Positions 19,801 to 26,770 of a stretch of 26,770 nucleotides of DNA are shown one piece after another. Positions within the stretch are counted from its first letter, which is position 1; every line of letters starts with the position of its first letter. Position numbers and translations under genes: made by a program. The notes beneath the pieces were generated by a model. The model did no database searches, was not told the DNA's origin, and saw only the letters and a program-made list of their open reading frames with translations. The DNA comes from Macrostomum lignano. Its lineage: Eukaryota. The stretch spans positions 1 through 26,770 of the forward strand of contig NIVC01001682.1 in NCBI GenBank assembly GCA_002269645.1. Reading direction: 5' to 3'.

Positions 19801-22771
19801 GGGGATAGGGAAAGGGAAGACTGGGGTTAGTAGGCGAGCTAGATTTCGCCTTGACATTCACCTGTAGTACAGCCGGATTCGTTCGCAGCTCCTCTACGCA
19901 GTCCTGCCTAGTGCGAATCGAATCCAAATCGGTTAGCGGCTGCAGCAGCGACATTCGGAGCAGCCGGGCCCCGCCACCAGTCAGAGTGTAGTTGAGCACG
20001 GCGAACAGATGGCCTCCGCTGCGGCCATCCAGCGATTCCACCAGTTCGAGCTGTCTGAAGTGTCGGAATTTAGCAGGGCAGCACATCGAGCTGTTGCTAA
20101 CAGGCAGAAAAATATGATAATAAAAGTGGCAAAGCGGCGAAAATAACACGGAAAAATTAATTAAAGTGTTTGATTGAAAGTGCCATCAATCACACTTGCT
20201 GCATAGCTGCGCATATTTCGCTAATCTGTGAGAAAATGTGAGAAAGAGGAAAATCTCAAAACTCTAGTTCTCGCTTAACTCTGGCGCTAGGCCGCAAAAC
20301 GTTGCCATTGCAAAGCACTCTCTTTCTCTCCACCGAGCCCGCGACTCCACCAGCGGGGCCCACCACCCCGAAAAAGCGGCAGATGCCGCACGCGTCGTTG
20401 AGGTCGAGGGGTTGCCTCCGCTCGGTGCGCTACATCTGCTGCCGCTACTGCGGCTGAATGATTTCAGATAGCTTGCCAGATCAGACGGAGTTCGCTCCTG
20501 TGCTATGTGCTGCAGACTGTCTCTATTTATGAGCTGTTTTGCACAACTTTATAATGAATTAAATATAACCAGCTGATGGGATAAGAAACTACCAACAGAA
20601 AGAAAAATATACACATGATTTGCAGCAAATAACGGGTGCCTAATGATTTGCCTAATGATAATTGGAACGCCACATTTGGCTTCTTACTTCTCCACTACAA
20701 GTCAGCGATCTCTTCCCTTCCCCTTATTGCAACCTAGCTAATTTGCAATTGGCAAGCGAGACATATTTTAAACGTATATTGCTTATTGTTTCATATGGAT
20801 ATTTTCTAATATACATTATTTATATATACAAGCAAGCAATGTCTTTAATCTTTTAATATTATAAATGTAAGGCATAATACTCATAAATTGTCATGTTTAT
20901 TTAAATATTTATTAAACTTCATTAATATAATTTATTTAGGCTCTTCTAGCTGTTGGACAAGCAACATGTCGCAGATCGTCGATACCAAACACCAAAAAGG
21001 CACGAGATGGGTACCAGGTACCAGGGCCTACCTTCGGCAATTTCTAAATACGATATTAATTGAGATCTCCGGCTAGCATTGCCCACGAAGTAAAGACAAA
21101 GTGTTTATGGAGAGCGTGGCTGACCAACGGATTTGAAAGGACTAATGCACCATGTGAATAACTTAAACACAAATTTTCTGTACAGCATAGATGCTGGACC
21201 TGCCAACAAAGCATTTCTATAAGGCGTCTAACAACAAGTAAGCAGGATACGTGTATCACTTCTGCTTATCAAAAATGATTTCATTGGTTTACAAAAGAGC
21301 CCAAATTAGACACGCACCGAGCCGTGCCGTAGTCCATAATGAGCGACGCAGAATGGGCATTGTAAGCCAGTCGAACGCTGGCATCGCCGAACACGGTGTC
21401 CAATTGAAGTTCGGCGAATGCCTGCAGCACAGCGCAAGAATAGAATATGAAATTGCACACTGGCAGCTGCTGCAGCACTGGCTGACTGTCCGGGTGGCAG
21501 ACTCGGCGAACGAATGCTCGTCCATCGGCTTCGTTAAACAGTATTCTCGGGGCCGACACGATTCGGCAGGCGGGGAATTTCACAGCCAGCAGGCGGAATA
21601 GTTCGTAAATTTCCGAGTTGCACAGCGTGTCAGGCAGTAGTACAATCGCCGGATCAAACCAACAAACCAAACTGAGGGTTTTCTGATAGGCCAGGCAGTC
21701 AGTCAGTTTTACAATGTCCAACCGATCCGAGTCTAGGTCCAGTACAGCGATAGCCAGGTCACGTGACTTGGTGCCGCGGCCTTCGCTAATTGCCATGCAG
21801 CGCGCGGGATCAGTTAGAGGCATTGTCCGCCTCTGTTGGCTCTGACGAGACTGCGACGAGCTTTGCCGACCTAGGAAATCAAGTGGCACTTGCAATTAGC
21901 TGATTAGGTTTGTGGCTGAAGAGGGCCACTTTTGATGAGCTCTGGAGGGTAATTACGCAATTTTTGAAGGGAGGGTTTATAGAGGGAATCGCAATGGACA
22001 AGGCCTCACGATGAGGTTATGGAGGGCTACTTCCCATCTGGCTTATAGAGGGAATCTAAATGGGGCTTACAGAAGTAATTTTAATGGGTTTTATAGAGGA
22101 GCTCTCAATGGGGTTCAAAAGACTCTCAATGGGATCATATATGACAATCAATGGGATTCGTAGGACTCTAGCACTTCATAGGACTGGGTTTCATAGAACT
22201 CTCAGTGCGGATTAAAGCAAGACTTTTAACGCTGATCATAGAAGGACACTCAATGAGGCTTACGGAGGGACTATCAGGTGGGGTTAAAAGAGGGGTTCTA
22301 AATGAGGTTAGTAATATGACACTATAAACTGCAGTTTTAGTGACCCCAGATCTGATTAAAACTTGCGGTTGTACTTCTATTTATTAATAAAAAATTTAAT
22401 AACAAAATTCCATCTATTTAGCAACGTTAAAGCTGTTAGTTCTGTGTCAAGGTATGGCTGGCAGCCATGCTAAAAAATCAATTACCAGTAGCAGCCGAAG
22501 GTGGCATGAATTTGAAGATGCTGCCATCAGCTGCGGCAGGTGGCGGCCCTGGCGCAGCAGCAAAGCTTGGATGGGCGTGTCTATCCAGGGGACGTTGGTG
22601 GACGCTGCTTCTACTCGAGCCCACTGTTCCACTAGAAACAGTTGCAGCCGAGCGCAGCGGAGTCAAGATGCTGCTGTACTGGCTGGACTGCTGGTGACTG
22701 CCACTATGTCCACTGGAGCCTGTGTAAGCTGACTCTGCTGATGAAGCCAGAAAATGGTGGCCCCGCTTCAT
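13669..22771 (-). CDS. MSH4: MutS homolog 4 (MSH4)-like, six exons, 892 aa; ATPase motifs degenerate
   Basis: join(complement) 22771-22486, 21888-21318, 20054-19862, 19476-18952, 15171-14276, 13876-13669 totals 2679 nt. All introns are GT-AG with matching phases 1,2,0,0,2. MSH4-type blocks: AISEGRG, FNEADG, LELV...LFAVLNYTLTGGGARLLR, RGF, YTRPEF..LAIRCGRHP, FLRQIGLMQVMAQAGSDVPA, SLVIVD. Confidence 0.88.
14276..15171 (-). CDS. MSH4: MSH4-like exon 5 (insertion, lever, ATPase N-half)
   Basis: ttctcaatag|GAC phase 0; CCSFTTSQL...DAVSNADLLSSLA...GYTRPEFGDRLAIRCGRHP...FLRQIGLMQVMAQAGSDVPA; donor AG|GTGAGT. Confidence 0.92.
15887..15990. repeat. 34-bp minisatellite, 3 copies (MSH4-like intron 4)
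   Basis: CAGCTAGGGCTGCTGTAAACCCTGTGTGAGTGAG starting at 15887, 15921 and 15955. Confidence 0.93.
16002..16298. mobile_element. 297-bp MITE, perfect 14-bp TIR, 8-bp TSD (hAT- or P-type)
   Basis: TIR CATACATGCGCAAC / GTTGCGCATGTATG; TSD CTCTCACT at 15994-16001 and 16299-16306; subterminal GTCGGCC repeats. The superfamily is inferred only from TSD length and CA...TG ends. Confidence 0.9.
16299..18891. repeat. 23-bp satellite, about 112 copies, with 297-bp and 856-bp higher-order repeats
   Basis: Unit CTCTCACTGAATCTGAGCAGCCA. The diagnostic GAGAAG variant occurs at 16985, 17282 and 18138 (spacings 297 and 856). Confidence 0.99.
18952..19476 (-). CDS. MSH4: MSH4-like exon 4 (lever/clamp)
   Basis: tatctcag|TCA; INRIIYLHHML...HAQRIGAVRPGVNDSLDRARQLY...KLRGFHAQ parallels MSH4 ITNLIYLKHTL...[23 protein letters not shown]...ARGFFIQ. 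The 3' boundary (ATA|GTTGAG) is the least certain. Confidence 0.85.
19862..20054 (-). CDS. MSH4: MSH4-like exon 3 (lever domain start)
   Basis: cacttcag|A CAG CTC GAA gives QLELVESLDGRSGGHLFAVLNYTLTGGGARLLRMSLLQPLTDLDSIRTRQDCVEEL; donor CAG|GTGAAT. Confidence 0.93.
21318..21888 (-). CDS. MSH4: MSH4-like exon 2 (connector domain)
   Basis: MAISEGRGTKSRDLAIAVLDL...FNEADGRAFV...IMDYGTAR matches the MSH4 AVVEGRG...FNETKG...IDSSSAQNLEL region. Acceptor ttgcaag (weak); donor CG|GTGCGT. Confidence 0.88.
21970..22310. repeat. Highly degenerate minisatellite of about 24 bp (MSH4-like intron 1)
   Basis: Recurrent TTATAGAGGGA...CAATGGG-like modules with variable spacing. Confidence 0.55.
22486..22771 (-). 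CDS. MSH4: MSH4-like exon 1 (Ser/Ala-rich low-complexity N-terminus)
   Basis: ATG at 22771 with an in-frame TAG just upstream; donor G|GTAATT in phase 1 fits the exon 2 acceptor. There is no homology evidence, only phase and composition. Confidence 0.6.
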
Positions 22772-23413
22772 TGGCTACTTGGGGGTGCTGAATATTTGTT
22801 CTGAAGTTATGGGAAATGGGTAATTAATATGAACTAAGCCGTTATTAGAACTGTCTCAATAAGCTAATTTCACTTAAATTTTGATTTAAAATTCTAGAAA
22901 CTCGTAACAAGCAATAACTTTCCAACAAATGCTTCTCATATATTAGTACAAGCACAAAAGTATCTCAAACTAAATGGAAAAAGCCTCTAGCCTACACTTG
23001 GTTTAATAAAGTTAAAAAGTCCATTGATAGTAAAACAAACAGCTATTTTAAATATCTAAGATTGATCTATCTATAAAACTATAGAGAAATACTATTCAAT
23101 ACCACAGAAGATACATTCTCAACAATAAAATTAAGGACTGAGGGAGGTGGCTTCATATACAAAGATGAAGGGCAGAATCATACCCTTCGTAGTCTACCTA
23201 AAAGAAAATGGGAGTGGTGTGCTGTGCTATAATATAGGATTCAATACTTGGTTTTGAGTGTCTAGGTCACCAGTGTGGGCGAAGCACATGAGTGCCATAG
23301 ACATTTAAGCAAGAAAAACCAAGTATTGAGTAGTATTGTGACAGGATATATATTTCTTGTGCATTAAATGACTCTAGCCAATACACGATCACAAGCCATT
23401 TAAGCATTCTATA

Positions 23414-24933
23414 TGCATCAAAATATAGAAATAGTACCATTTGATTCCATGAACCATGGACACAATCAGCCTATTTTTTTAATTTTCTACATAGTTCAGA
23501 TACGAGTTGAGAATGCTTTTAGCATTAAATGCACAATTTTACACATTTATATTGTGTTACAATATATCTATGGCAAGTGCCATTCTTAAAGCCATCTTGG
23601 ATAGACAAACCAGTAACAAATGGCAAAGAATTAGCAAAGTGCCATTCAGCCTACTTATTTTTTTCTTCACAATAAGAGTAGCTAATATAGAATATAATTC
23701 TTGTGAAAGAATTTTTTGAAATTGGTGATTGAATATTCTGTGTATATTCTGTATTCAATGCTTTTAAAAGTATTTAAAACCTTTTATTTAGAATATTATA
23801 GTTAAAAATACTTGCACTACACTTAAAATATCTATTGACCTATATAGTAGCAATCAATAAGATATTTCCATGCTAAATATAGATTTTATCTATTAATAGT
23901 TTGAATATAAGTTGAAAAAACAGGCATAAGTTTGTTATGCTAAGCTGTTTATTTACTTAATTAATAAGTTAAAATAGTTAGTTATATGTTCTTGTTTTTA
24001 AATATAATTGTATACTAATATTTTAAAAGCATACTAACCACTAGAGCTAGGCCTACATTTTTTAAAAGAGTGAGCTTAGTTACTTGCTCCTAAAGTGCAT
24101 TAAGCACTAGCATGTTTTTGCCAAGTGCCCTAGATAGGCCTTGTATCTACCAAAATGGGGGTTGGCTACAATAAAGTCATCCAACTTAGCTACTCTAACT
24201 TATATTATAATTTATCTTCATCATATTAGACCTAGATTTTAAACCAAATAGGCTTACTATCAATAAAAATATGTGTGGTAAAAGCCCTTGTGTTGATATA
24301 GCTATATACATGTGCAATATACAGCCAAGCCAGCCAATCCAGTTGGCTAGCAAAGGGACGAGCCAAGGTAGGCCTAAGTCACAAAAATTTCCACCCAAAA
24401 AATACAAAGCAGTACTAATTAGATTATGAGGCATTTAGTCTTAATAATACAGTCAAAGTAGGCCTAACTTTGCCATTTACTCAAAATATTAATTTTTGCT
24501 TAGGTTTCTCTTATAGGTAAGCAATTGTTTGCCTAAAAGTAAGTCACATGGCCACTGTAACTCAGGCGGTTTTGCGCACATGTTGGTGTAGCTTACAAGA
24601 TTAAGATAATTCAAAATATAAGCTTAGTAGAACATTTTGCAGTAGCTAGGTTTAACAGACTGTCATAGGCCCTAACAAAACAGCAAAACTCATTAATGTA
24701 ATGTAATTATGACCCTAAATTTCAAATACTCGAATGGTAGGCCTAACTTTCGTAATCGACAAGTCTACGACTACTAAGCTTTAAAAAACCAATGAGCACT
24801 TAAAAAATAGTAACTAGAGTCTGAAGACAAACTTGCATCAAAATATAGAAATAGTACCATTTGATTCCATGAACCATGGACACGATCAGCCTATTTTTTT
24901 AATCTTCCACATAGTTCAGATACGAGTTGAGAA
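23414..24933. repeat. 100-bp direct repeat pair (23414-23513 and 24834-24933)
   Basis: TGCATCAAAATATAGAAATAG...CAGATACGAGTTGAGAA occurs twice, with 3 mismatches and an offset of 1420 bp. Confidence 0.95.
24305..24586 (-). mobile_element. Old, CpG-decayed copy of the 16002-16298 MITE family in opposite orientation
   Basis: Terminus TATACATGTGCAAT versus CATACATGCGCAAC. Internal blocks align (GGCCATGTGACTTA vs GGCCGTGCGACTTA; TTATTAAGACTAAATGC vs TTATTAAGCCAAAATGC). Decayed TSD TATAGCTA (24297-24304) / TGTAGCTT (24587-24594). Confidence 0.82.
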
Positions 24934-25250
24934 ACACGTGCGCATACACAGATAGGAGCCGCCACGAACCAACACAGCAGTACACGCGACGCAATGAGAG
25001 AAGCAGCGCGATCAGTACGTATTAAGTTTAATTGGCCCACAGGGTAAAATTTTAAATTTGTTCCAGGTGATAAGGTGTGTCTAAATTAACAAATAAATTA
25101 CTAATTTGAAAAATCAAGGTAAAAAATGAAAACAGCTAAACTTTTATTTACTAAAGCAAACTTGAGAAAAATAAGCAAATTGACCTTTTTGTAAAACGTC
25201 TCAAACAAAACACAAACACTACTACTAGCTGTCCTCCATGTAAGAGAGAG

Positions 25251-25447
25251 AGAGAATTTGGCTCGGCAATTAGCCTGTTTGGCCAATATATTATAGAGCT
25301 ATGTATTTGGAAAAGTTTTCGAAATAGAAGTTTATAAAGACGATTTGCCGCGAGTTAGTAGTAGTAAGAGTTAGAGTTAGAGTTAGAGAGTAAGAGAGTA
25401 GTAAGAGAATTTGGCTCAGGCAATTAGCCTGTTTGGCCAATATATTA
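25251..25447. repeat. 43/44-bp direct repeat pair separated by a GA/TAG-rich tract
   Basis: AGAGAATTTGGCTC(A)GGCAATTAGCCTGTTTGGCCAATATATTA at 25251-25293 and 25404-25447. Confidence 0.9.
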
Positions 25448-26770
25448 GCAATGTAGCCATGTAGCAATGGGCCGGGTCTGGACCAGCGCATGGTCCACTC
25501 CACATGCATTAGGTAGCATAGGATAGGGTGAAACCCGGTATTCTACCTTGAAAACTCTTCAAAACCATTTGATTTTTTGAAAAAATCAAGCGCACTGGCC
25601 TACCAGGGATTCTACTATCTAATCATATAGTAATATAATACTATTAAATAGAAATAAGTGTGTATGTACAGTGGTGTAGATCGCTAGACTGACCAGACCT
25701 GTCCTAGGCCTATTATGTCAGCCAACCTCAACTTGGTTGACAAATTTACAAAAGTAAATATTTTGCTGCAATGAAAATGATAGGCCTAATAGATAAGAAT
25801 AAAGGTAAAGCTTGCAATAAAATAAAACTTAATTTTAATGTAAATTCTTTAAGGTTCTATTTTATCTTCCTTCATTTTAAGTTTATTTATTTTAAATGAG
25901 TCTAGTTTCACTATATTTGAAGTTTTATAGGGCCTAAAAAGAGAATTAGATAGTTTTTTTAATAAATATTTTTATACTTTAGTCAAACTAGATGTTTAAT
26001 AGGCCTAACATTTATTTTTTGCTATCTTGTAGAATATCTTGTATCAAAAATATATATAATATATATATATTTTTATATTTTTATATATATTTTTTTTAAC
26101 TTTAAACTAACCTAATACAAGGTTGAATATATGGAAGTTTTTTTAAATTGTATGCCTATAATATGATGAATCAAAGTTATTTATTTTAGGCCTATGCTAT
26201 GAGAGTATGAGGCTATGCCTATGTTATGCCTATATATTATTCTAATAATCCTAATTAAATTACTATTTAATGCTTGATATAGTACAAGCTAATAATTTTT
26301 TGGTTATCTGTAAGACCTTCCTTGGTCTCTAGCTATTCTTCTTAGTACTTTGGTCTAGTAAATGGATCTAAGCTATTTTACTCTAGGAGCCTTAAAGGAC
26401 TTATATAAATAAAAATTGCTAGGCCCTACTTGGTTGTTCTCTTTTTGTTCTTGTACCTTTAGCACAAATAACAAGTATGATTTCAAGGATTAGAATAGAC
26501 TACAAATGGAGCTAGACTATAAATTAAGTCTAAGCAGGAGTGCACACTTAGGAAGCCAAGGCCATATCTATTTAATAGATTTTGTTAGGCGCCTATATGT
26601 TAAGATATAGCCAAAGGAGGGGGACACTAGGGACATGTCTCCCTAGAAAGCAATTTTTTTGCCTTTGTATTTTGCTTCTATTGCTTCCATTGGAAATGGA
26701 TTTGTCTTTGTCCTCTTTCCTAATATGAATCTCAGCTATGCACCTAGTTATATATCATCTTCTAGGCCTC

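Noticed and set aside
20940-21240. Coding-looking intronic patch (SIDAGPANKAF) as a transposase relic
   Set aside because: Stops in all frames and too little similarity to name a family.
13641-22732. Antisense or off-frame ORFs over MSH4-like exons (e.g. 14336-14692, 18971-19201, 19231-19476, 21251-21601, 22454-22732)
   Set aside because: Shadows of the MutS-homologous frame.
13669-22771. Assignment to MSH5, MSH2 or MSH6
   Set aside because: The EGRG connector block, the absence of a mismatch-binding domain I and the lever motifs fit MSH4 best by eye; a phylogeny is still needed.
24369-24466. TAGGCCTA as the double-deamination product of CGGGCCCG
   Set aside because: The young MITE has no such sequence at the aligned positions; the difference is an indel, not substitutions.

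Overview
Eukaryotic (animal) genomic DNA. GC-rich exons, spliceosomal introns and many minisatellites would fit a free-living flatworm such as Macrostomum, but the sequence alone cannot establish the species. Genes: (1) a class A neuropeptide-receptor-like GPCR with an uninterrupted CDS (minus, 5197-6339); (2) a six-exon MSH4 (MutS-gamma)-like gene (minus, 13669-22771, 892 aa by my splice model, all intron phases consistent); (3) two spliced plus-strand exons (11313-11554, 11950-12139) of a membrane protein weakly resembling the end of an ionotropic glutamate/IR receptor. The rest is repeats and mobile DNA: a (TAG)n tract; tandem arrays of 25/19, 60, 45, 29, 34 and 23 bp; a tRNA-derived SINE-like head; a foldback-like element; a decayed piggyBac; a 5'-truncated R1/LOA-type LINE; and two copies of one MITE family. 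Three observations stand out. (a) The MSH4-like protein has an intact frame and connector/lever/clamp domains, but every ABC-ATPase motif is destroyed and the C-terminal HTH appears absent, so it is a candidate pseudo-ATPase. (b) A CpG-erased domain at about 23.5-26.8 kb holds an old MITE copy whose CpGs are largely converted relative to its intact sibling. (c) TAGGCCTA occurs 8 times in that domain and twice appears as a clean GGCCTA insertion after TA inside the old MITE. All assignments are by eye; no database searches were run.
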